Positions 37,985 through 49,635 of a stretch of DNA of 64,000 nucleotides are shown in pieces. A program made the translations under genes and the position numbers. Origin of the DNA: Octopus sinensis (Eukaryota). Under the pieces are notes generated by a model. It did no database searches. It was not told where the DNA came from and was given only the letters and a program-made list of their open reading frames with translations. The DNA lies in contig NC_043017.1 of the NCBI RefSeq assembly GCF_006345805.1, positions 18,166,001 to 18,230,000 on the forward strand, read 5' to 3'. The first letter of the stretch is position 1, and each line of letters starts with the position of its first letter.

Positions 37985-38690
37985 GAAGATTGAGTCTTCA
38001 GACCAGCATGGCCTCGCTTGCCCCTGTTCCACTTATCGGCCAGACAGCAGTGCATAACTCAATTCGATGTCCTCCTCATCAACCACCACCCTTCTTGATA
38101 ATGAGTGCAATTGTATCAGAGTGGCCCTGTGCCTCGGTCTTCGCGTGTGAACAGCACAAATGCCGTTGCGAAGCTGTAATAAATGAATTTGGCCTGCATC
38201 TGTTATTCTGTATGGCGCGGGTCAATTCCTCTAACACACTGCCCTAAGCAGCACCATGCCAGTTTCCCGTCACAACTGCTGCCAGTAGGTCTTGACCATG
38301 GAAATGGTTAGCGCCCCGACAGAATAACCTCCTTCGCATACGAGGGAGGTAAATCTCTAGTCTGGGACGTGACATGCTACGACGATACATTATCTCTCTT
38401 CAACCTTGATGCGCCGGCCGCAAAACCTGGATTTTGCTGTCCGTAGAGAATGGTGGGGAAGTCAAACAAATACTGGAACCTGACCAGTCGCTATCTGTTT
38501 GTACTGGTCACCGATGAAACCTGAGGTGTTCTCGGACCACATATCGCTGATTTCCTTTGTGAAATCAGGATGACAGCAGCCCATCTAAGAAATGAACCGC
38601 GTAATGCAGGTTGGCTGTTGCAGCGAGCATTGTTGGTCACTCTGTGGTAATGCCTACAGAATTATATCTGCAAGACGTTTCTAAACACAC
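37985..38690 (+). mobile_element. Decayed RLE-type (CRE-like) non-LTR retrotransposon C-terminus
   Basis: CEQHKCRCEAVINEFGLHLLFC zinc knuckle, then G*RPDRITSFAYEGGKSLVWDVTCYD endonuclease motif, then EPR..GWLLQR. Confidence 0.7.
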
Positions 38691-39019
38691 CATTCAAACT
38701 GGTGGTGTACAATCTGTTACCCCTTCCCACCATCATTTATTGCGTCATTCCCCGTTTTTCTTTTTTTCTTCCAGTAAAAATATACTTTGACTGCTATTTC
38801 TTGCATGGCATGTGACTATGCAGAGACACCCTCAGTGCCTCATGTGTATGTATGTGTGTATGTATGTACACACATGAGTGTGTAGTAGTAGTGATGTGAT
38901 GTGATGGTTATGGTTATGGTGGCTATGGCTCCAATCCGAAGCGACGGTGTAGTTGAAGGTGAGAGCGGGGAGTGGACGAACTAATGAGGGCGTGACTTAG
39001 AGGGAGATTTAAAGTTGGA

Positions 39020-39430
39020 AAGTCATTGAGTGATTAAGGGAGTGGGAGAATGAAAGGTAGAGAGAAAAGAAGAGAATGAAAGAGAAAGAGAGATAGAACG
39101 GAAATGAAAAGGGAGTAGTGAGAGAGTGGAAAGACACAAGCAATGGTTGAGTAGGAGTAAATGATAGACAGAGGAAGAGTGCAAGTGAACGTTAGGGTAA
39201 AGGAGTAAATGAAAGAGTGGAGGTGGAAGGGGGATAGAGTAAATAAGAGAAAGGAGGAAAGGAGAGCTTGCAAGAGTGTAATTAAGACAGAGAGAACGAA
39301 AGTAGAAAAGTGAAAACAGAGAGATAGTAAGGGAGTGACTGAGGGAGTGTGAGGGGAAAGAGGAATAGTAAAGGAGTAAATAATAAATCATAGTAAGGGA
39401 GGAAGAGATAGATAGTAAGGGACAGAGAGA
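39020..39430. repeat. Degenerate purine-rich (GA-rich) low-complexity tract
   Basis: Seen directly; it explains the SLF-rich minus-strand ORFs. Confidence 0.85.
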
Positions 39431-39559
39431 TAAGCCTATATCGAATTGTCTGTAAGGAGTGTCGTAACTTCCTAACGTGGTGAAACTATTCTTTCATTTA
39501 ACAAAGGCCTTACTACAACAATTACAACAACAAGAGGGCCCTTTGTTTTGTGTCTATTT

Positions 39560-40582
39560 ATAGGGAAGATTTTGCACGTCAAACGTTCATTTAGCCGTAT
39601 CACTTTCATGGATCATCACGAACAGCTGAAAAACAGTCACGCTGCCGAGTGATTTATTGACACTTAAGTTTTATAAAAGGAGAAGAATCAAGATTTAGAA
39701 ATAATTCTACTAGGCACACATTTCATTGAAAGTCACGCTGTTGGAAGATCGACAAACTTTTTTTGAAACAAAAACTTAAGCAGACGACAGGACATCGGCC
39801 ATCACAGCTTCCCTTTGTTATACAGATATTGTTGAATATTATTCTTGAATTTTGAAGAAAGAAAACAACGAAAGTTTTAGAAGCCGTTGATTTATGGTGA
39901 GAATTTAAAACCCCGTTCAAAGGTTTACAAATATTTTTCTGGAAGACATCTGCAGACGACTATGAAATCGGCTATCATCGCTATAGACATATTCCACGTT
40001 TGAAGCCTTAAGTTTTCAAGAACAACAACTGAACGAATATATATGGTTGAAAGACCCGCCACAGACACAGAAAATTTCCTCATTGAATATCAGTCGACAC
40101 TTACGCCTGACATTAACAACAAAACACTTCAACACTTCATTTGTTTTGTTGCTATCGTGTTAACGACCGTGCATGTTTATATGTCAGGTTTCGAATAACA
40201 TTATTTACACTTTTTTACAACAACAAACTCATATTTCCGTTATCTTTTGAGTGAAACAAGTGTTTTATCGACCGTTACACATTTTGTTTACGTCTTTTCG
40301 TACAAAGTGACGCCAATCCCATTGATAATTATCGTGACAAGTGCGTTAAATATATACACTCAAAACATACGACATAGCTAAAAAGTGTTTTAAAGACTCG
40401 TCGCTTCTATTCTAAGTTAAATAATTTATTGTTGAAGACTCATTCGAAACTCATCTTCATATTTTATTTCTAAGTTTTATAGACAGGCCAAACCATTGAA
40501 CACGTGGACCTTCCATAATCACTGTCAACCTTTTCATTATATATATTGACATTATATTATATTACAAACAGTTCAGTACGAC
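39560..40582 (+). promoter_or_regulatory. Putative promoter / 5' UTR region of the p67phox-like gene
   Basis: Repeat-free and visibly CpG-richer than its flanks; TATAAAAG at 39672-39679; candidate donor TG|GTGAGA after 39896; candidate acceptor near 40486. Confidence 0.35.
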
Positions 40583-40771
40583 ATGTCTTCGTCGATTCCA
40601 CTGAAAGAGTTCGCCGAGGTGTGGAGCAGTGCAGCAAATCTCTACGACAAGGGTAAATTCCTTGAAGCTGCCCAACAATTCGAAACGGTTGCAGCTGATA
40701 GCACAGCCAAAATTTCTTATAATCTCGGCTGTATCTACCTGAAACTGAAACAACATGAGAAGTCCTTAGAG
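40583..40771 (+). CDS. NCF2: p67phox/NOXA1 (NCF2)-like protein, first coding exon (TPR1-2): MSSSIPLKEFAEVWSSAANLYDKGKFLEAAQQFETVAADSTAKISYNLGCIYLKLKQHEKSLE
   Basis: In-frame TGA upstream at 40547; GTGAGT donor at 40772. W, D, A..F..V and I.(F/Y)N.GC.Y align with recalled human p67phox residues 10-58. NCF2 versus NOXA1 cannot be resolved. Confidence 0.8.
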
Positions 40772-41479
40772 GTGAGTGAATAAACTTGACATTACTATAT
40801 AAGTTCGCCATAACTGCACTTTGGTACTCTTTTCTGACTTTGCTTCCCTCATAATTTTCTTTAAAAATGCAAATTTTGTCGTTAAATATTTACAGAGATA
40901 TGTTTTCGTCAGTGTAGAATACGGTTATGTTGGTAAAATTTAGGCCAAAAACTTTGGTTCATTGTACACCTTCCACGAACTATTTTACCACCATTTCCTT
41001 TTTTTATACTTCTACGTTTGAAACCTTAACATTACGCAATCTACACCCACAGAAATTTATTTCTGCAAAACTTTGTTTAAAATAGACATTTTAAAGTGAG
41101 TTACGAGGATCAATAGGAGAACGATAGGAATTCCCCACCCCTAACGTTTCCCTTCCTTTTTTTTCTCTACCTTTACACACCATAATCGTAATCTACGTCC
41201 TCGAAAACGTATTTCTGCAAATTTTCATTTCGAAACAATTATGTCGCAACAAAGTTTGGGGCACCAAACTGTAGATATGGCTCTGTTGTTTAATCCCTCC
41301 ATTTTAGTAATTCACCTGTTGATCCAAACATGACCACCCCATCATTTATTCAGAGATCTTCAGACCAAATATCCATGTTGGGATAGTTTAGTCCGGAATA
41401 TCTTTCATCCAGTCGACCTATGATTCATTGACAATCCAGGTGTGACTTCCCTGTCTTTTGTTCAGGCATTCTGTCTAAT

Positions 41480-42425
41480 ACGTTACAGCCTAAACAACAG
41501 CAATTACATCATACTACATTCTAAACAATAACAACTAGACTATACTACAGCCTAAACAATAACTACAACATGCTCTAGCATAAATGATAATTACATCATA
41601 CTACAGCCTAAACAATAGTAGCTAGACTATACCTAAGCCTAAACATCAAAATCTACACCATACGACACCCTGAACAACTACACCATGCTACAGCCTGAAC
41701 AACTATGCCATACTACAGCCTAAACAATAGTAGCTAGGCTATACCTAAGCCTAAATAACAAAAACTACACCATACGACAGCCTGAACAACTACACCATGC
41801 TACAGCCTGAACAACTATACCATACTACAGCCTAAACAATAGCAACTAGACTAGACTACAGCCTAAACAATAGCAACTAGACTAGACTACAGCCTAAACA
41901 GCAATAACTACAGCATACTACAGCCTAAACAGCGATAACTACATTCTACAGCCCAAACAGCAATAACTACATACTACATACTATAATAACTACATACTAC
42001 AGCCTAAACAACAGTAGCTACACCATACTACAGCCCAAGCAGTTACACCACACTGCAGCCTAAAGGCCAAAGGCAACACTATGCTGCAACCTAAACAACT
42101 GCTCAAGACTGCAGCCCAGACAGTAATAACTATGCTACACTATAGCCCAAACAATAATTACACCATATTACAACCGAAACAACAACGACACCGCACTACA
42201 GTCTAACCCACAACTTCACCATGCTGCAACCTAAACAACAACAACTCTACCATGCTACAACCTAAACAACAACCCCGCCATGTTACAGCCTAAACTGCAA
42301 TATCTAAATCATACTACAGCATACTTCAGCCTAAACAACTACTATACCATACTACATCCCAAACAGCAATAACTACACCATACTACATCCTAAACAATAA
42401 AAATAACTACTCAAGATACTACAGT
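41480..42425. repeat. Minisatellite with a ~28 bp unit (catactacagcctaaacaatagcaactacac) and a 112 bp higher-order repeat
   Basis: Seen directly; HOR copies start at 41597, 41709 and 41821. Confidence 0.9.
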
Positions 42426-45400
42426 GTATATTTTCCATCAATAACTCCACTAACTTCCACTTATGTTTCACCTGCTAGAAATAACAGCCAAATGTCCTTC
42501 AAGTAACATCCTGACACTTTGAAAAACTGTAATGCAGATTGAGTAATGTAGTCCTAGATACACTATGCCTGGATGATTGGTAGCTAGAATATCTTTTATT
42601 GTAGATGTCCTCAATGTGGTTTATCTCAGGGCTAAAAGACAACACAATATGATTGAGTTGATGAGCCAGTGAAATGCATACCAGTAATATTTTGGGAAAT
42701 GATTTTAGTAAACGCTCTATATACTCCTACATACCTTCCCCACCCCCTTACATATCTGTAGCCTTGTGTCCTTGTAGGTAAAATGTGGTTAGAACAGGAG
42801 AGACAGTGAGAGAGAGAGAGAGAGGATGAAAGGGTGAGATAGAGAGAGAGAGAGAGCAACCATGAATGAGTGTGAGAGAGAGGGTATGTAATGTGTGGTA
42901 TGTAATGAAGTTTAATGATTGAATCACTTTGAAAATAGAGAACTATTTTCCCAGATTTAATATGGTATTATAATTTATGTATTAAAAGAAAGACTAACCC
43001 ATTTCACAGAGTTTTATTTAAATAGTCAACTTTTAAATTCAGTAGCGAGGCCACAGCTTTTATCTCACGATCCCACCCTACCAACAGCTGTGATATTGCC
43101 CAGCAACATGTTTAACTCCTTTCCTATACAAGTTTTTCTGATTTAGCACAAGGCTGATTTCAAAAATTCACACGTACACACTGAAGGCCAAACTTTCCTC
43201 CCCCTCCCAATACTGTCCAAAATTAAACACTCATTTACCTGTGTCATCTTTACTTCTTCAAGGAAGCTGTAATAATTGTTTCATGAAATAGTCTTCTAAA
43301 TTTGATGAAGGGCCCTGCCTAAATCCTCACAGCAAAGAAATATCTAAAAGGGCTTGTTAGTTTGTCTCATGATCCTGGCGGACAAAATGGAAAAGGCATT
43401 GCACTGGAGGATGGCAATGAAGGGAGATGTGCTAGAACAGCCACTCTGACCCTTGGGGCTTACACTTGCAGATAGCCATCTCCTCTGCCCTGTTTGTGGT
43501 GAGCAGGGATGTGGTTCAGGGGCCACCTATTTCTTGGCACGAGGCTTGTAATTTCAAAGGCAGCAGTTGGAAGAAATGGTGCTAATGATTTTGCCAGCTC
43601 AGGATCTTTTAAAAGGCTTCAAATTTTAGGAGAAGACTAATGATTCTTAAGGGATGGATCCAGTTGATACCATCATCAATCTTAGACTGGTGTTTTATTT
43701 TATTGAGGCTGGGAGGGAGAAAGCAAAGTTTGCTTCAGCATGATTTGAACTCAGAATGTAAAGAGCCTGGACAAATGTCACGAGACTTCTTCCAATCATC
43801 ATCATCATCATTTAACATCCATTTTCCATGCAGGCATGAGTTGAATAGTTTGACAGGAGCTGGCAAGCCAGATAGACTCCAATCGTCTGTTTTGACATGG
43901 TTTCTATGACTGGATGCCCTTCCTAATGCCAACCACTACAAAAGTGTACTGCGTGTTTTATATGTTGCACCAATGTTCTAATTATTCTGCCAGATCACTG
44001 CCCATTATTCTTTCTAATTTTGGCTCAAGGCCACAAGTTTTTTAAGGGAGGGTCAAGTTGATTACATTGAACCCCAGTATTTGGCAAGTACTTTATTTTA
44101 TCGACCCCTGAAAGGTTGGAAGGCAAAGGTGACTTCAGCAGGATTCGAGCTCAGGATTTAAAGAGCCAGAACAAATATCACCAGGCATTTTCCCCAACAC
44201 TAATAATTCTGCCAGCCCACTGTTCTAATAATAATAATAATAATCCTTTCTGCTAAAGGCACAAGGCCTGCAATTTTGGAGGAGGGGTTCAGTTGATTAC
44301 ATTGACCCCTGTGCTTCACTTGTATTTAATTTATCATGACGGATGAAATGCTGTTAAGCATTTTGCTTGATATGTTAGCAATTCTCTCAGCTCACCGCCT
44401 TAATAATATAATAATAATCCTAAGATAAGCACAAGACCTGATATTTGGGAAAGGCGGTTAGTTGATTACATCGACACCAGCACTTTGTTGACTCCCTACA
44501 GAATGAAAGGCAAAGTTGATCTTAGTGGCATTTGAACTCAAAATATGAAGAACCAAAAGAAATTCAGCTTTGCATTTTCGCTGAGACTTGAACAATTTTG
44601 CCAACTCACTGCCTTGGTAAAAATATTTTAATCAATTTAGTCTCAAGGCCAAAGTGTTTTTTTTTTGTTTTTTTTACTGTTGTATAGTGTCAGAGACAAG
44701 GTTATTCTACATTACTTGACAGCAGTAATTAATCTCCACCTGTAACACATCATCATTTAACATCCATTTTCCATGCTGGCATGCGTTGGACGGTTTGACA
44801 GGAGCTGGCAGGCCAGAGAGCTGCATCAGGTTCCAGTCATCTGTTTTCGCATGGTTTCTATGGCTGGATGCCCTTCATAACTCTAGCCACTTTACAGAGT
44901 ATATTGAGTGCCTCTTACATGGTGCCACCACCAGTGCTTTTCATGTGGCACATTATGTTCTTTGTAGTTCAATACCCACAGACTACAGTTGGATAACACT
45001 GGAACTGAAATATTAATGTTGCTGATGATGATACACATGACTGGTTTTGTCCCTTGAGAGGATTTTGAATTCACAACAGCAGCAAATTGACTGATCAATC
45101 TTGAACACCAATGTAGCTACAATATACAGTTTTTACTCATTTGTTTGCTCAACAAGAACAAACCAAGGGTTAAACAACAGCAATTCTTTTTTGCCATTTG
45201 ACTGTGGCCATGCTGGAGCACCACCTTTAGTCAAACGAATTGATCCCAGGACTTATTCTTTGTAAGCCTAGTACTTACTGTATCGGTCTCTTTTGCTGAA
45301 CCGCTATGTTATGGGGGGCGTAAATGCACCAGCATCGGTTGTCGAGCAATGGTGGTGGAGACAAGCACACACGCACGCACACACACACACATGTTGGGCT

Positions 45401-46709
45401 TCTTTCAGTTTCCATCTACCAAATCCATTCACAAGGTCAGTCTGAGGCTATAGTAGGACACACTTGCCAAAGTTGCCACACAGTGGAACTGAACCTGGTA
45501 CCATAGAGTTGGTAAGCAAGCTACTTCACAGCTCATAACTACATCCCTTCAGTGTCTACAAGCGCTAGGTCCTACATCCTTTGTTGGTTTTTCTATGTAA
45601 CCCCAAATGAGTTACAGAATGGTGCAGGAGCTTGTTTTTTTTTTTACTTGTTTGCAGCCATGCTGGGGCATTTCTTTGAAGGGTTTCAGTCAAACAAATA
45701 GACTCCAGTACTTATTTCTACATCTGGTACTTATTCTGTTAAACTGTTATGTTATGGGGATGTAAATAAACTAACACCAGTTTGTCAAGCAGAGATGTGA
45801 GGCAAGACAAAAACAATAACACACACACATATGATGGGCTTCCACACAGTTTCTGTCTACTAAATTCACTCACATTACAAAGCATTGACCATTCTGGGGC
45901 TATACTTGCCCAAAGTGCCACTCAGTAGAACTGAACTTGGAACCATGTGGCTGAGAAGCAAGCTTCTTACCACAGGGCCATGACCCTCATATATATATGA
46001 CAGACTTCCACTCAGTTTTCCTCTCTAAATTCTCTTGCAAGGCATTGGTCGGCCCAGAGCTATAGTAGAAGGCCGAGGTACCACACAATAGGACTGAACC
46101 CCAAACCAAGACCCCCAAGTTTCTTAACCACACAGCCATCCGTACCTGTGCTTGTACATCTTGCAGTTTATTATGCAGTCTGTTGAATAATATACAAGTT
46201 GCAGTACCATGCGGTTACTGCTTGGTGTACTTGTTGTATTGTGTAGTTGGAGCTGGAGCAAGAGAGGATGGTGGTGGGGAGAGCAGTGTGTGAATTGAAG
46301 TTTATTAAGAGACTCACGTGAAAACAGAAAAAAGAAAACATGTGAAAACAGATGAATATTTTCAGTGATGTCAATTAAATACGAGGTCACCCACCCGCCC
46401 ACCTACCCATTAACCCACTCAACACCATAAAAAAAAAATTATTTTCACTGATTTTATTAAAATATTCACTTGTAAAATTTAGTTCGAGGCCACCTTAACA
46501 ACTCGTAGCGTCGACATGTGACACTTTGCAACAGTACATAAAATCTTACCTAATAATAAATTCTTTTCATTTAAGCACAAAGTTTAGTTCACGGTCACTA
46601 TATAAACACTGTTATACATGTGAGATCCAGATATATCATCATCATCATCATCGTTTAACATCCATTTTCCATGCAAGCATGGGTTATCATTATCAACATC
46701 AACATTTAA

Positions 46710-46934
46710 CCCTTTCATTACCGACCCGGCTGAAACCAGCTCTGGCTCAGAGTACAAATGTCTTGTTTTCATAAGTTTTGAATTAAAATTTTCCACCAAA
46801 CTTTAGTCATAATTTATGTTCCTAACACTAGCTGAATGATAACTAAGTTATTTTACTAAATTCTTTGTTATATTTAATTTAAAGTAATTGAAAGAAACAC
46901 AGAGCACCTCAAAATAAATACAGTAACGAAAGGG
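46710..46934. mobile_element. piggyBac-type MITE, 225 bp
   Basis: TTAA TSD, CCCTTTC..TAC / GTA..GAAAGGG ends. Confidence 0.9.
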
Positions 46935-46939
46935 TTAAC

Positions 46940-47690
46940 ACTTGTTTTTCATGCTTACATGGGTTGGACGGCTTGACAGGAATTGGCAAGACCAGGTTCC
47001 ATAGTCTGTTTTGACTTGGCTTCTATGGCTGGATGCCCTTCTTAGCACCAAACTTCTTTATAGAGTGTACAAGGTGCTTTTTATGTGTCGCTAGCACCAG
47101 TGCTTCTTACCTGGCACCAGCACCCACACCAATGCTTTTTACATGGCACCTTGGTTTTAGGATCTCGGATCTGTTGTAGTGAGCAGGTCTTCTTGAGTAC
47201 AGCAATGGGCCACATATCTCAGTTCTCTGTCATCTCCTTCGTGAGGTTAAGCATTCTGAGACTGGCCTTCAATACTTTGTCCCTTGTCTTCCTGGGTCTT
47301 CCGCTTCCACAACTTCTCTCCACTTTAAGTGATCAGCACCGCTTTATGCAACTGCCTTCATCTGTCTACATTGCTTGACCAAACCAGTGCAGTTTCCCCT
47401 CTTGCACACTGCATATAATTCCTCTTATGCCCAACTTTTCTCTCAATACACCTATGCTCTGTTGCACATGCACACTGCCATCACACATCCAGTGGAGTAT
47501 ATATACTTCATTCCTCTCCAGCCTTCACATGTCTTTTACATTCAGAGACTCATCTCATTAACATGCAGCATCGCAGTTCATACACATGCATCATACAATC
47601 TTCCATTCACTGAGACAGAGAGAGAGACTTTGGTTGCCAACAGAGGTAAAAGTTCTCTGAACTGTCTCCACCCTACTCTTATTCTATCGT
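46940..47690 (-). mobile_element. RTE LINE 3' portion: decayed ORF2 end joined to the family D 3' UTR
   Basis: Minus strand GRLYDACV...LHWFGQ...GSGRPRKTRDKVLK, then the gaagggcatccagcc core and cat-repeat tail. Confidence 0.75.
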
Positions 47691-48159
47691 TGTACACTTT
47701 TTGTACAATCTTCTCCTATGCTAATAAGGCCATCTACAACTTCAAATACTCTCTCTCTCTTTACTCTTTTACTTGTTTCAGTCATTTGACTGCGGCCATG
47801 CTCGAGCACCGCCTTTAATTGAGCAACTCGACCCCGGAACTTATTCTTTTGTAAGCCCAGTACTTATTCTATCGGTCTCTTTTTTGCCGAACCGCTAAGT
47901 AACGGGGACATAAACTCACTAGCATCGGTTGTCAAGCAATGCTAGGGGGACAAACACAGACACACAAACACACACACATACATACATATATACGACGGGT
48001 TTCTTTTCAGTTTCCGTCTACCAAATCCACTCACAAGGCTTTGGTCGGCCCGAGGCTATAGTAGAAGACACTTGCCCAGGGTGCCACGCAGTGGGACTGA
48101 ACCCGGAACCATGTGGTTGGTAGACAAGCTACTTACCACACAGCCACTCATATATATAT

Positions 48160-48193
<34 letters not shown>

Positions 48194-48869
48194 AAAATTT
48201 TATCACCATCATTGTGGGACAGTTTGACAGAATCCAACAAGTTGCAAGGCTACATTGATGTCTCTTTCTCTATATATGGGTGTATATACCCTCAGCTTTG
48301 TGATAATAATTTATACATGTAAGGCAACGAGCTGGCAGAATCATTAGCATGCTGGGTGAAATGCTTAGCGGTATTTCTTCTGTCTTTACGTTCTGAGTTC
48401 AAATTCTTCCAAGGTCTGCTTTGCATTTCATCCTTTTATGGTCGATAAATTAAGTACCAGTTGTGTACTGGGTCGATCTAATCAACTGGCCCCCTCCCCC
48501 TAAATTTTGGGCCTTGTGCCTAGAGTAGAAAAGAATAATTTATACACATAGGTCTCAAGGACACAGTATTCTTTTATGTTGGTTTTTTCATTGACAAATT
48601 AAATGTTTTTCTACATTACATGACAACAGTAAATCCCCCCCCCCCAATATCACATAGGGTCCTCTCTCTCTTGCTTTCTTCTACTGCAGATCTCTAGTTA
48701 TTCTAAACTATACAGCCACTCCATCCATAATCATCCAATTTTTGTTTTACACATCCCATTTTTAATTTTAATTTTTTATTTTTTAAATGACACAAAGTAA
48801 TCTTAGGGAGATTTGGATGCTGTTTCTAACAGATGAGATGGTCATGTATAGGTTGCCTTCTTTAATATA

Positions 48870-49344
48870 CAGGGATTCCCCGACTTGCGCGAAATTCGAC
48901 TTCAAGTTGCGCAAGTTGTATTCTCGACTTGCACTTGTTGTAAAAATATTTATTATCCATGGTTGCATTGCCTTGTCTGTTATCTTGTTATCTATCTATC
49001 CATCAGTTCAAATATACATGATTTTTCTTGTTATAAAAAAATGTTTGATCAACTGAATAAGTAAATTTATTTGCTATGTATTTTTCTATTTTCTGTTTAT
49101 AATCATTAAACAATTTGTATTATTTTTTGTAATTTGTATTCGTACAAAGCAGTCACCAATAAAAGTTTTTTGGTTTCAAATAGAAAGAAAGTTCATTCAA
49201 TACTTTCTCCAAGTGTTTCTTTAATATAACAATATTTAGCAGTTATCCCGGAAAATATTTATAGAAAACAATATCTGGTACTCGACTTGTGCGAATTTCG
49301 AATTGCGCGTCCCCCAATTACTTGCGCAATTCGAGGAATTCCTG
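48870..49344. mobile_element. Tigger/pogo-like MITE, 475 bp
   Basis: TA-CAGGGATTCCCCGACTTGCGC / GCGCAATTCGAGGAATTCCTG-TA. Confidence 0.8.
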
Positions 49345-49401
49345 TACATTGTTTGTTAATGCATGTGGTGCAGTTGTTTGGGTGCAAGGTCGTGTATTAT
49401 A

Positions 49402-49635
49402 TATTTCTTTACTACCCACAAGGGGCTAAACACAGAGGGGACAAACAAGGACAGACAAACGGATTAAGTCGATTACATCTACCCCAGTGCGTAACTGGTA
49501 TTTAAATTATCGACCCACGAAAGGATGAAAGGCAAAGTTGACCTCGGTGGAATTTGAACTCAGAACGTAACGGCAGATGAAATACCGCTAAGCATTTCGC
49601 CCGGCGTGCTAACGTATCTGCCAGCTTGCCGCCTT
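49402..49635 (-). mobile_element. Family B SINE, full length
   Basis: Exact 16 bp TSD aaggtcgtgtattata (49386-49401 / 49636-49651). Confidence 0.9.

Noticed and set aside
39562-39572. NF-kB site upstream of the NCF2-like gene (GGGAAGATTT)
   Set aside because: It fails the GGGRNNYYCC consensus at the 3' end
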